The notes under the pieces: generated by a model
The model's input: only the letters and a program-made list of their open reading frames with translations
Databases searched by the model: none
Told to the model about the DNA's origin: nothing
Shown: in pieces, positions 52,349 to 62,637 of the stretch
Numbering within the stretch: position 1 is the first letter of the stretch
Layout of the letters: each line of letters opens with the position of its first letter
DNA from: Candidatus Bathyarchaeota archaeon
GTDB taxonomy: Archaea; Thermoproteota; Bathyarchaeia; 40CM-2-53-6
Reading direction: 5' to 3'
DNA: 64,000 bases
Assembly (NCBI GenBank): GCA_963733055.1
Contig: CAVTBR010000003.1
Location: 64,001-128,000, forward strand
Made by a program: the position numbers and the translations under genes

Positions 52349-52783
52349 TCAGGTCTTTTCAAAATAGTCTATGTCGAGAATGGAGCCTGTTCGCTTCGAC
52401 TTCTCTCTAAAGACTACGCGAACCTTGTCCCCGACCGAAACCGATCCCTTCACTTTGTGGACTAGCCCGCCGTGCGCAGATTGGAACCTTACGAAAGCGA
52501 CTGTTGTGGGTTGAGGCAGGTCTTTTCCATCGGGGCCCTTTCTGCATACAGTGAACGAATCGACAGTTCCCATGTTCTCCAGTGTCACATACTCTTCAAG
52601 CTTTGACATGCAACGTTCGCAGTATATCCTCGGAGGAAGATAGTTAAGATCACACTTCGGGCACCTTGCCGCGACTAGTCGTCCGTTGTCTTTGATTTCA
52701 CGCAGAAACTTCTCCCCTGCCAATCCTGCGGTGTAACGGAAATGTACTGGGAAATCCCCTGCAATCGTGAGATCAGAGCTCAT
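52349..52783 (-). CDS. DUF35 Zn-ribbon/OB-fold protein
   Basis: YTAGLAGEKFL..CPKC..PPRIYCERC..GSILDI; start MSSDL. Confidence 0.9.
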   Translation of the reverse strand: MSSDLTIAGDFPVHFRYTAGLAGEKFLREIKDNGRLVAARCPKCDLNYLPPRIYCERCMSKLEEYVTLENMGTVDSFTVCRKGPDGKDLPQPTTVAFVRFQSAHGGLVHKVKGSVSVGDKVRVVFREKSKRTGSILDIDYFEKT

Positions 52784-52788
52784 CCAAA

Positions 52789-53298
52789 TCACTTGAGCGG
52801 TGCGAAGTATTTGATGTCGGTGATCGAGCCTTTTCTCTGAGATGGTTCGAGCCAGACGGCTTTCACGCGCATATCTATTCTGACTTCGTCGGGTTTTGCT
52901 CCGCCTATGAGATGGAGGAAACCGGCGTTTGTTGTAGAATCTATTCCGATGACTGCTGGTATAATGGGTGTCTTCACGCGCGTCGTGTCCGCTGTGATGT
53001 AGGAGACAGAGAATGTGTTGACTATGCCCGTATCCGGTAACTTCACCCAAGAGTCGGTTCTCTTGAAGCACCATTCACAGAATACTCGAGGGGGAACTAC
53101 GACGCGTCCACAATGTTCACACCTTGTGCCCAGAATCTCGCCTGCCTTAAGCCCCTTGAGAAATCGGCCTATGGCGATTCCCGTTGCCCATTCGTATTTG
53201 GCTTTAGGCTGATAGGCCACGGTTAGGACTTTTTGGCGTTCAATATCGTCCTCTTTCAGTGCGGTGCCCGAAGGTTCGCTTGGTTGCTGCTTGTTCAA
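52789..53298 (-). CDS. DUF35 Zn-ribbon/OB-fold protein
   Basis: CEHCG..PPRVFCEWC..GSITDIKYF. Confidence 0.9.
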   Translation of the reverse strand: MNKQQPSEPSGTALKEDDIERQKVLTVAYQPKAKYEWATGIAIGRFLKGLKAGEILGTRCEHCGRVVVPPRVFCEWCFKRTDSWVKLPDTGIVNTFSVSYITADTTRVKTPIIPAVIGIDSTTNAGFLHLIGGAKPDEVRIDMRVKAVWLEPSQRKGSITDIKYFAPLK

Positions 53299-53311
53299 GA
53301 TAATCCATTCT

Positions 53312-54479
53312 CTATGAACGCATCACAACTACGGTTCCGATTTGCATCAGGTCGCCCCACGCTTGTGCGACGGCGGTTCTGGGATCCCCAGCAACCTGCC
53401 TCTTTCCTGCTTCCCCGCAAAGTTGCCAAAACAGTTCGCAGATCTTCATTAATCCCGCTGCGGCGATTGGGTTGCCTACTCCGAGTAGACCACCGGATGG
53501 GCAGATGGGGAGATTTCCGTCACGTTCTGTAACTCCCTCAGCCGTAAGTTTCGGCGCCTCACCTTTCCGGCATAGGAGCAATCCCTCCATGTGATGCAAC
53601 TCTTTGTAGTCGAATGGATCGTAAGGTTCCGCGAAGTCAATCTGCTTGCGCAGGGTTGCTGATCCCTGCCATGCTGTAAGCCATGCGTGCGGCGTTTGCG
53701 ACGTATCTCGGGAAGTACAGGTCACGGTTTGTCCAGTAGGTCGTATCGAGGTTCCACCCGACTCCGTCAATCCAAACCGGGGAATCTGTGATTCGTCTCG
53801 CGACATCCTCCGAGGCGAGGATTACTGCGCAGGCTCCGTCGCTGACCGGACTGATGTCTAGCCTTTGGACCGGCCAGGCCAAGACTTCTGAGTCTAGAAT
53901 GTCTTGTAGGGTTACCGCCTTGGCGATTTGGGCTGAGGGGTGGTCGAGCGCATTTCTCTTGTTCTTTACCGCAACTTGCGCGATCTGTTCTTTGGGAATC
54001 TTGTGTCGTTGCATGTATCGTTGCATTTCCAGCGCGAAGATCCATATGAGATTGGGGCCCAAGGGTCGTTCGATCATGTTGTCGAATATTGTTAGGAAAG
54101 CGGTTTGCGGGTGCGGTAAGCAGCTGGACATTTTCTCCTCAGCCACGACCAGGCATGTGTCGTACAGGCCAGATGCAACGTGGAAATAGCCGTGAATCGG
54201 GCTGAAGACACCAGTGCCTCCTCCCACGTAATTTCGGGAGTAAGGCTTGTGCCATGCGCCCGCACCGTCGAGCAGATACTCTCCCTTCATGTGGACGCCA
54301 TCGAACGCGTCGGGTGCGGTGCCCAGCGCTACGGAATCAATATCTTGGATCCGCATATTGCATGAGTCTAATGCTTGCCTTACCGCTTCGAAGGCAAGTT
54401 CCTTCCCCGTTTCCTGTGCTCGACGCATGAATTTGGTCATTCCCGCGCCGACGACTGCCACACGTTTCTTTGCACACAT
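53312..54479 (-). CDS. Thiolase-fold protein lacking the catalytic Cys, frameshifted near 53650
   Basis: RVAVVGAGMT, AEEKMS, VAVKN, SDGAC; second frame AEPYDPF..PSGGLLGVGNP. Confidence 0.88.
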
Positions 54480-54485
54480 AATTTT

Positions 54486-55635
54486 TCACACATTACTTAG
54501 TACTACGGCTGCCCCACTAGCGGTCGGGATACCTCTCCAAGCTAGTGCAACTCCTGTTTGGGCACCTTGAACTTGGTGCTTTCCAGCATCTCCTCGCAGT
54601 TGCTTCACGAGTTCGATTACTCGCGTTAATCCGCTCATTTCGAGAGTATGACCCATTCCTATGCTTCCTCCGGATGGGTTGACCGGCAATCCGCCGCCAA
54701 GATCGAAAACGCCTTGCTCGAGCATCTTATGCGCCTTGGTTTTCCCTGTCAAGCCAAGCGCTTCAGCATGTTGGAGTTCTTTGTAAGAGTAAGTGTCGTC
54801 AATCTCTGCAAATTGGATTTGGCGAGCCGGATCATGAATTTTCGCATGTCGGTAAGCTTGCCGAGATGCCAATTCAGCGTAGGTTGCTCTATCCCAGTCG
54901 CGCGTTTCCAAGGTTGGGCTGTCAGATGCCCATCCTGTCCCTTTTATCCAGACTGGGTCCTCGCGCAGGTTCTTTGCCGCATCCTCTGCAGCCAGAACTA
55001 CGACTGCCGCTCCATCCGCGAGGGGCGCCATATCATTCTGGGTGAGGGGGTCTGAAATTGAGGCCTGACTAATACTGCCGGGCGTTGGGTTTGCTAAGTT
55101 CATGCCCAGTTCGTTTGTGAGAGCGTTCTTTCTGTTCTTCTCTACGACTCTCTTGCAATCCTGGGGAGTTGCACCGCTACTGTACAGATATCTGTTCATT
55201 TCTAGCCCGGCGACGAAGTTAGCGTTCAAACCAAGGGGACGAGTGTAGATTGGGTCCAGAGCTAGATCGTAAACCGGAGATATGTCCACCATGTCGGATG
55301 CTTTGCTGTGGGCTTCAACGGCTACTATGTCGAACAATCCAGCAAGTATCTGCATGTACGCCGTAGCCACACTATACATCCCATCTGCCGAGATCGTGCA
55401 GACGGGCTTTAGGGCACCGCCGATTTGGTCGGGAACGTATTCATCAAAGATACTGGTGCCTTCGTAGAAGTCTTCAGACGAGCAGACGAAGCTTTCGACG
55501 TCGCAGACGTGGATCTACGCCGGCGTCAGCATATGCCGTGACTGCCGCTTCGAAAGTAAGTTCTTTGTAGGAAAGTTCTGGGGTCGTCGGCCTCAGCTTA
55601 GTAAGCCCGACGCCGACTATGCCTACCCGTTTCAG
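54486..55635 (-). CDS. Thiolase-fold protein lacking the catalytic Cys, frameshifted near 55505; probable CTG start
   Basis: KRVGIVGVG..SEDFYEGTSIFDEYVPDQIG..ADGAA..AEIDDTY..NPSGGSIGMGH. Confidence 0.86.
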
Positions 55636-55796
55636 AAGGCAACCTCTCCGTTCCAGCAGACATTTGACCTGTAATTTAAGCTGATGCAAAAACTGCGTGG
55701 AATTTACGCCCTCTCGGTAATGGTTTGCAATAGCTTCAATTATTGCCAACCGCTCCATCGAGTTCAACAATAGAGTTTGCGGTAGATGTCACGCTA

Positions 55797-56969
55797 ATGG
55801 CAAAACCAATCGCCAGCATAGTCTCAGCGGGGATTTCGAAATTTGGTGTCCGCGATGGCCTATACACCCGGGAACTCTTCGCCGAGGCGGCGAAGGACGC
55901 GTTCGATCAATGTCCTAATCTGGACCCTAGAAGAGACGTCAAGGCCCTATTCGTGGGGATGATGAGTGACTCCTACGAACACCAGGCTCACGTGGCGCCT
56001 CTATTCTTGGATTGGATTGGGCTCACGCCAATTCCTGCCTTTCGATCAGAAGCTGCTTGTGCTTCATCTAGCGTGGCTATGCGTAGCGCTTTGTTGGCCA
56101 TAGCATCCGGGATGTATGATGTCGTATTGGTTGGCGGGGTGGAAAAGATGACTCACGTAAGCACGACTGGTGTCACCGAGATTCTCGCTATGGCATCCGA
56201 CTTTCCTTTTGAACAGTGGCATGGCATATCCTTTCCCGGAATCTTTGGTATGATGGCCGTGGACCACATGCATCGTTACGGAACAACCGAGGAACAAATG
56301 GCGAAGGTCGCCGTTAAGAATCATGATCACGGCGTCCTAAATCCCAAAGCGCATTTCCAAAAGCGCATTACTGTGGATGAGGTTCTTACCTCTCGTCCGG
56401 TCGCATGGCCTCTGAAGTTGTACGACTGCTGCCCAAGGTCAGATGGCGCCAGCTGCCTCGTGATGACATCCCCGGAAGTAGCAAGGCGATTCACGGACAC
56501 CCCCGTAAATGTAATCGGCTCGGGACAAGCCCAAGATACGCTGAGTCTTTTCGACCGAGAGAACTTTAGCAGCATGAAAGTAACACGAATTGCAGCAGAG
56601 CAAGCGTACAAGAGGGCGGGTGTGGGCCCCGCGGACATTGATGTCGCTGAGTTGCATGACTGTTTTACAATCGCCGAAATAATTGCCTACGAGGACTTGG
56701 GATTCTGCGAGCAAGGCAAGGGTGGGAACCTGATAGATGAAGGTGTAACTCATCTTGGTGGAAAGTTACCCACCAACACGAGTGGCGGGCTCAAAGCCAA
56801 AGGCCACCCGGTTGGCGCTACAGGCACCGCTCAAGCGTGTGAGATCTACCTCCAACTTACGAACCAAGCCGGCAAAAGACAAGTGGCTGGAGCAGAAGTG
56901 GGTTTAACAGAGAATGTTGGCGGTTCAGCCTCGACTGGTGTCGTACAAGTCTATAGGCGGGGAGATTAG
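55797..56969 (+). CDS. Archaeal/SCP2-type thiolase
   Basis: EAACASS (Cys), GGVEKM, ELHDCF, KGHPVGATG. Confidence 0.93.
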   Translation: MAKPIASIVSAGISKFGVRDGLYTRELFAEAAKDAFDQCPNLDPRRDVKALFVGMMSDSYEHQAHVAPLFLDWIGLTPIPAFRSEAACASSSVAMRSALLAIASGMYDVVLVGGVEKMTHVSTTGVTEILAMASDFPFEQWHGISFPGIFGMMAVDHMHRYGTTEEQMAKVAVKNHDHGVLNPKAHFQKRITVDEVLTSRPVAWPLKLYDCCPRSDGASCLVMTSPEVARRFTDTPVNVIGSGQAQDTLSLFDRENFSSMKVTRIAAEQAYKRAGVGPADIDVAELHDCFTIAEIIAYEDLGFCEQGKGGNLIDEGVTHLGGKLPTNTSGGLKAKGHPVGATGTAQACEIYLQLTNQAGKRQVAGAEVGLTENVGGSASTGVVQVYRRGD

Positions 56970-57425
56970 GTGGCGTCGTCGATGGCTGAATCTAGAACAG
57001 ATAAAGGTTCATTTATTCGTGATGAAGGCGGCATTATTCTTCCACTCATCGAGAACTTCTATCGATTCTGCGGCCAACGAAAACTGATGGGCATAAGATG
57101 TAGCAAGTGCGACGCCGTTATGTGGCCGCCAAGAGCCATGTGCCGCAACTGCTTAGGAGACAAGTTCGAATGGGTTGAGTTTCAAGGCAAAGGCGACTTG
57201 ATGACCTACACGATCATTCATTTTCCACCAACCCAGTTCCAAGCATTGGCTCCCTACGCAGTAGGAATCGTAAAACTCACAGAAGGGCCGCAATTACCGG
57301 GCATGATTAGATACGTTAAGCTCGAAGACTTGAGGATTGGTTTGAAGCTGCAAGTGGACTTCGAAAGCACTACACCTAAGGAATGGCCGCGATGGCCCCG
57401 CTATTTCTTCAAAGCGTTAAACTGA
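56970..57425 (+). CDS. DUF35 Zn-ribbon/OB-fold thiolase partner
   Basis: CSKC..WPPRAMCRNC..APYAVGIV. Confidence 0.9.
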   Translation: MASSMAESRTDKGSFIRDEGGIILPLIENFYRFCGQRKLMGIRCSKCDAVMWPPRAMCRNCLGDKFEWVEFQGKGDLMTYTIIHFPPTQFQALAPYAVGIVKLTEGPQLPGMIRYVKLEDLRIGLKLQVDFESTTPKEWPRWPRYFFKALN

Positions 57426-57454
57426 CCTAGAACCTATTCACCTGAAAACGCGTT

Positions 57455-57468
57455 ATTCCTATAGGAAT
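57455..57468. promoter_or_regulatory. Perfect 14-bp palindrome ATTCCTATAGGAAT upstream of met genes
   Basis: Lies about 15 bp upstream of TATA-like AATATTAATAT (57483-57493). Confidence 0.5.
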
Positions 57469-57536
57469 CAATCAGGCCTCAGAATATTAATATGGGAATA
57501 GGGCTGACGGGCCTAAAACTCGTCGGGTTACACAAC

Positions 57537-58487
57537 ATGGTGGAAGTGCATCTAGCAGGCGTTTTTCCGCGCTCGGAGAAACTCATTGGCGCAACCCGGG
57601 CCGCTGTGCGCGGAAACCTGCCCCAAGCCGAGGTCGATAAGGTTCTCAATCACGACATCAACGCACTCGTTCAGTTACAGCAAGATTCCCGTCTAGACTC
57701 CATCGTTGATGGACAGCTAAACTGGCAGGACTTGTTCAGACCGTTCAATCAGCTCCTAACCGGCCTTGACCTCGGAAGTCTGACACGATGGTACGACAAT
57801 AACAGCTTCTACCGAAAACCAATAATCGTCGACAAAGTCGTGGTCAGGAGCAATGAACTACAGCAATACTTCCGTAACGACCTCTTGAGCAACGTCTCCC
57901 ATAAGAAAGCCATCCTTCCTGGTCCATTCACGTTCGCTCACTTGTCGGAGAACAGAGCCTACTCATCGCTCGCAGACTTGGTAACAGAACTAGGCCGTGC
58001 TTTGGGAGCAATTGTTACAGGCCTCCAAGAGAAAGGGTATGAGTACTTCCAGTTTAACGAACCCTCTATTTGCGCCCCAGGCAGAACAAAGGCGGAATTA
58101 GAATTCACTAAACACGCATACGAGGCTTGTGCGCGTGGGATCGGTGGGAAGAGTATCATACAGACCTATTTTGGTGACGCGAGCCAAGTAATCCCAACCC
58201 TCCTCGACTATCCTGTAGATGCAATTGGAATAGACTTCTATGCGACTTCCATAGACAGTTTGAAGGAACACGATTTCAACAAAGTACTGGGGTGCGGATG
58301 TGTTGACGGGAGAAACTCTCTTCTCGAATCACCAAAAGAGCTCATAGCGTTTGTTTCGCGCGCAAGGGAGAGCTTGGAACCTGCCGATATTTATCTTACA
58401 CCAAACTGCGATTTGGATTTCCTGCCTGAGACCGTGGCAGAAAAGAAAGTGCGGCTTCTAGGAGAAACAAAAAGGCTGGTGGCTTGA
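57537..58487 (+). CDS. Split cobalamin-independent methionine synthase, N-terminal-like (non-catalytic) subunit
   Basis: GVFPR, DGQLNWQD, TRWYDNNSFYRKP, LPGPFT; lacks Zn ligand set. Confidence 0.85.
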   Translation: MVEVHLAGVFPRSEKLIGATRAAVRGNLPQAEVDKVLNHDINALVQLQQDSRLDSIVDGQLNWQDLFRPFNQLLTGLDLGSLTRWYDNNSFYRKPIIVDKVVVRSNELQQYFRNDLLSNVSHKKAILPGPFTFAHLSENRAYSSLADLVTELGRALGAIVTGLQEKGYEYFQFNEPSICAPGRTKAELEFTKHAYEACARGIGGKSIIQTYFGDASQVIPTLLDYPVDAIGIDFYATSIDSLKEHDFNKVLGCGCVDGRNSLLESPKELIAFVSRARESLEPADIYLTPNCDLDFLPETVAEKKVRLLGETKRLVA

Positions 58488-58491
58488 CGAG

Positions 58492-59622
58492 ATGGGTGGC
58501 AAATTATTCCCGGTGGAGGAGATTGGCAGCCTACCTAAGGCGCCTTGGCTGCTGAACTATCTTCGAAATACGGATGTAGGACCATCAGGATTCGAACACC
58601 TCTCCAAATGGTCGAAAATTTCAGGGTTTGAGAACGAGGCAGAAACCCGAGCCATTTTGACGAAACCGAAGGATACTGCAAAGCAGGCACGCCTTCGGGA
58701 ACTCGCGTCAATATTCACGTTGCGTTACCTAGAGTCCGCCGGATTGGACTACGTATACGATGGGGAAGAGAACCGTATAGAGATGTACGAGCATCCTGTG
58801 AGGAATTCGGCTGGGTTTGAGTTCTATGGACATGTAAGATCATTCGACAGTAGGTACTATCGCAAAGCAGCCTGTGTCTCCAAAGTTGCCTTTCGGCAAG
58901 CTTACCATCTTGATGAATTCGTACTTGTCAAACAACATGCGAAACGGCGAGTTAAGGTACCCATTACGGGGCCCTACACAATCGCAGAGTGGTCGTTCAA
59001 CGAGTATTATCAAAAGAGCCGGGCGGCGGAATATAATGATTTGAGAAAGCTGAAGTTTGAAGCGAAAAAGGATTTCGTCCTCGATGTTGCCAAACAGATT
59101 ATTCAACCCAACCTCAAAGCGCTCGTTGATGCCGGCGCGGAGTGGATTCAGGTGGATGAACCGGCATTAACCACTAAGCCCGACGAAATACAATTCTTCG
59201 TTGATGCCTACAACGAGTGCACAGCGGGAATCGAATGTAAATTAAGCCTCCACATCTGCTTCAGTGATTACCGACTTCTCTACCCATACATTCTAGACCT
59301 CAAGAACTGCAGCCAATTAGCACTCGAATTCGCAAACCGTGACGACGAGAAGAGGTCAGCGTATGACCAGTTGAACTTACTGAATGAGTTTGGTGATAAT
59401 AGAGAGGTTGGCCTAGGAGTCGCAGACGTGCACGTAGATGACGTCGAAAGCCCAGAACTCATCAGGAGTAGGATAGAATACGCTTCCAAAATCCTTGGTG
59501 ACCCTCAGAGAATTTACGTTAACCCTGACTGTGGACTCCGTACACGCTCATGGGATGTGGCTTACGCAAAACTGACTAACATCGTGAAAGGTGCCGAGCT
59601 GGCCAGACAGTCAATCTCCTAG
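58492..59622 (+). CDS. metE: Split methionine synthase, catalytic subunit
   Basis: IGSLPK, KVPITGPYT, IQVDEPA, LHICF, LEFANR, NPDCGLR. Confidence 0.9.
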   Translation: MGGKLFPVEEIGSLPKAPWLLNYLRNTDVGPSGFEHLSKWSKISGFENEAETRAILTKPKDTAKQARLRELASIFTLRYLESAGLDYVYDGEENRIEMYEHPVRNSAGFEFYGHVRSFDSRYYRKAACVSKVAFRQAYHLDEFVLVKQHAKRRVKVPITGPYTIAEWSFNEYYQKSRAAEYNDLRKLKFEAKKDFVLDVAKQIIQPNLKALVDAGAEWIQVDEPALTTKPDEIQFFVDAYNECTAGIECKLSLHICFSDYRLLYPYILDLKNCSQLALEFANRDDEKRSAYDQLNLLNEFGDNREVGLGVADVHVDDVESPELIRSRIEYASKILGDPQRIYVNPDCGLRTRSWDVAYAKLTNIVKGAELARQSIS

Positions 59623-59639
59623 GAAAGCAAGAGCCGCCG

Positions 59640-60503
59640 ATGAGAATTACCGAAATCATCAAACGCGGCAACCCCGTATTCTCGCTTGAATTCTTCCCCC
59701 CAAAAACCCAGGAGGAAATGACTCAACTCTATATCACGCTCCGTGACATCAAGAACTTACACCCAGGATACATCTCCGTGACTTATGGTGCTGGCGGCGG
59801 AACGAGGGATAAGACGGTTGAGATTGTAACTAGAGCAAAACGGGAGATCGGCCTTGAAAGCATGGCTCACCTCACATGTGTCGGCCACTCAAAAGCGCAA
59901 GTCAAGGGGATACTCGATGAACTTGTTCAATCAGGAATCGAAAACGTAGCGGCCCTGCGCGGAGATCCACCAAGGGGCGCAGAGAAATTTAGTCCCCATC
60001 CAGAAGGATTTCAGTACGCAAGCGAACTAACAGCGTTCATTCGAAAGTCATATCCATTATGCATAGCGGTCGCCGGCTACCCAGAAGGACACATTGAATC
60101 GCCAGACAAAGAAACAGACTGGGGCCATCTCGAAGAAAAAGTTAGGGCGGGAGCCGATCTCATAATAACTCAACTGTTCTTCACTAACCAACTTTTCTTC
60201 AACTTCGAGAAGAGAATGCGCGAAAGAGGTGTCCTCATACCTATCATTCCAGGAATCATGCCTATAACAAACTACCAACAGATCTTGCGCTTCACGAAGA
60301 TTTGCGGCGCATCCATCCCCGAACAAGTAGCTCGAGATCTTGAACCGATTCAAGGCGACCATGAGGCAGTTCAGGGATACGGAATCGAGTATGCCGCACG
60401 ACAATGCCGGGAGCTCTTAGATCATGGCGTGCCTGGAATACACCTGTACACGTTGAATAGATCCAGAGCAACCCGCGAAATCATCAGGAGGTTAAGAGGA
60501 TAG
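59640..60503 (+). CDS. metF: 5,10-methylenetetrahydrofolate reductase
   Basis: SLEFFPPK, SVTYGAGG, AHLTC, ALRGDPP, AGYPEGH, ITQLFF, YTLNR. Confidence 0.95.
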   Translation: MRITEIIKRGNPVFSLEFFPPKTQEEMTQLYITLRDIKNLHPGYISVTYGAGGGTRDKTVEIVTRAKREIGLESMAHLTCVGHSKAQVKGILDELVQSGIENVAALRGDPPRGAEKFSPHPEGFQYASELTAFIRKSYPLCIAVAGYPEGHIESPDKETDWGHLEEKVRAGADLIITQLFFTNQLFFNFEKRMRERGVLIPIIPGIMPITNYQQILRFTKICGASIPEQVARDLEPIQGDHEAVQGYGIEYAARQCRELLDHGVPGIHLYTLNRSRATREIIRRLRG

Positions 60504-60544
60504 CCTTATCGACTCACCTTCGGCATTGCCCCTTCAGCAGGGCC

Positions 60545-61060
60545 TCATTCAATTGTAATCAAGATCGCGTCTTTCTTTACCGTCGCACCTTCATGAACCG
60601 ATATCGATTTCACTTTTCCAGCGATCGGCGACCCAATCTCGTTCTGCATCTTCATCGCTTCAAGAATAAGCAAGGGTGTGCCTTCTTTCACCGGTTCTTC
60701 TTCCTTGACTAGTACGCTTGTGATGCGCCCGGGCATGAGTGCTCGAACCTCCCCACCCATCGCTCTCTGCCTGTGAATTTCCGGCGAAAATGAATATCCA
60801 CCGGTGCCAACTGCCTGCACAGTCGCCGGGAATGGCATACCTGTAAGGTACACATCCATTCGATCGTTTGGCAAGGGTATAGTTTCAGCTCGGACGGTTT
60901 CATCGGCATAACGTACGAGCCACGTTGTAATCTCACCAGTCGAAACAGTTTCCATTTCAAAAATTGTGCCACCCACCTCTGCGCGATACGTGTCTTTGCC
61001 GATGTGGTCCACTGAGACACTGTAGAGGGACCCGTTGACTTCAACTCTGAAGGTACGCAT
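60545..61060 (-). CDS. Biotin carboxyl carrier protein
   Basis: LEAMKMQNE biotinylation motif. Confidence 0.93.
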   Translation of the reverse strand: MRTFRVEVNGSLYSVSVDHIGKDTYRAEVGGTIFEMETVSTGEITTWLVRYADETVRAETIPLPNDRMDVYLTGMPFPATVQAVGTGGYSFSPEIHRQRAMGGEVRALMPGRITSVLVKEEEPVKEGTPLLILEAMKMQNEIGSPIAGKVKSISVHEGATVKKDAILITIE

Positions 61061-61061
61061 C

Positions 61062-62571
61062 TTACCGACCGCCTCCGTGAGGCCCTTCCATGTGCTGGGT
61101 TCTCGCTGCCGTTCTCCATCTCGACGGTTTGGCCGTGCTCACGTCATGTCTTTTCGAGGGAGTCCTTCCCTTTCCAACCGCGGCCACGGCTGCCGCGAAT
61201 TTCTCATATTGTAGAATGGTTGAGTTCAGACGCGGCAAGAACTGTGTTCAGATAAGTTGTGTCGAAGTCCCCGCGTACGAATCTTTCGTCACGCATCAAT
61301 TCCCTGTGCAGAGGGATGGTGGTTGGAAGACCAATAATCTCTGTTTCGTCCAATGCAACTTTCATTCTCTTAATCGCGTCGGACCTGTTTACGCCCCAGG
61401 TTGCTAGTTTAGCAATTAGGGAGTCATAGTACTCTGGGACGATGCAACCGGAAAAGAGAGCGGAGTCTATGCGGACGCCGGGTCCGGTCGGAGGGTGAAA
61501 GCGGATGACCGTTCCAGGAGAGGGGACGAAATTCGCTCGAGGATCTTCTGCGTTTATACGGCAGTTTATGGCCCAACCGTTTATTCGGACCTCGTTCTGT
61601 GATAGCTCCAACGAGTCGTTTGAGGCGACTTTCAGCTGTTCCTCTACGATGTCGATTCGCGTGGTGAGTTCGGATACAAGGTGTTCGACTTGAAGCCGTT
61701 TGTTTACTTCTAGGAAGTAGAACCTTCCAGTCTTTTCAAGGAGAAACTCGACAGTTCCGGCATTTGTGTAACCCGCCGCTTTCAGACCCTTCGCGGCTGC
61801 ATCGTTCAACTTATCGCGCTGACCCGCATCTAAAGCAACGGATGGGGCTTCTTCCAAAAGTTTCTGATGCCTACGTTGAATGCTGCATTCACGCTCTCCG
61901 AGACTAACTACTTTCCCATGTCGGTCAGCAATGGCCTGAATCTCCACATGCCGAGGACTTTCCAGTCGTTTCTCGAGATATATTTCCTTCCTGCCGAAGG
62001 CCGACATTGATTCCAATGCGGTAATGCGAAAGAATCTACGGACCTCGTCGGAGTTGTCTGCCACACGCATCCCTCGCCCTCCGCCGCCGTATACTGCCTT
62101 CAGGATCACTGGGTACCCTGTTTTTTCGGCAACCTCCACGGCCTCATTCTCATCTGCCAGCGCTCCGTCAGATCCCGGGATGACCGGAACACCACAATCT
62201 TTCATGCTTGCTCGCGCTTGCAACTTGTTGCCGAGCTTTTCAAGCGCGGCTCTACTTGGTCCGATGAACGCAAGGCCGTTCTCGTCGCAGGCTTTCACGA
62301 AATTCGACTCTTCAGACAAGAAGCCGTATCCTGGGTGAACTGCGTCGCAATTGGTTTCCTTGGCGGCTTTGACAAGCTTGGGAATGTTGAGGTAGGTTTC
62401 GGTGGGTGTCGAACCCGAAAGGGGATAGCGCTCGTCAGCGTATCGCAACGGTAGTGATTCTCGGTCAGCCTCCGAGTAGACGATGACCGTACGTACGCCG
62501 AGCTTACGGCACGTCCTGATAATCCGGAGTGCGATTTCGCCTCTATTGGCGATGAAAAGTTTCATTTTCAA
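61062..62571 (-). CDS. Biotin carboxylase subunit, frameshifted near 61240
   Basis: IANRGEIA, HPGYGFLSE, GGGGRGM, CSIQRRHQK, RLQVEH; removing 1 nt extends the frame through SRW to a stop at 61062. Confidence 0.93.
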
Positions 62572-62637
62572 AGGGAATCGACCAATTCCTTGTGGTAGCG
62601 GATTGAAACACCGTATCGGCGGCAATGGAGGTGTAGG

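Noticed and set aside
53640-61245. Frameshifts at about 53650, 55505 and 61240 as pathway decay
   Set aside because: Each is a single inserted base with otherwise intact motifs and no stops; not called pseudogenes
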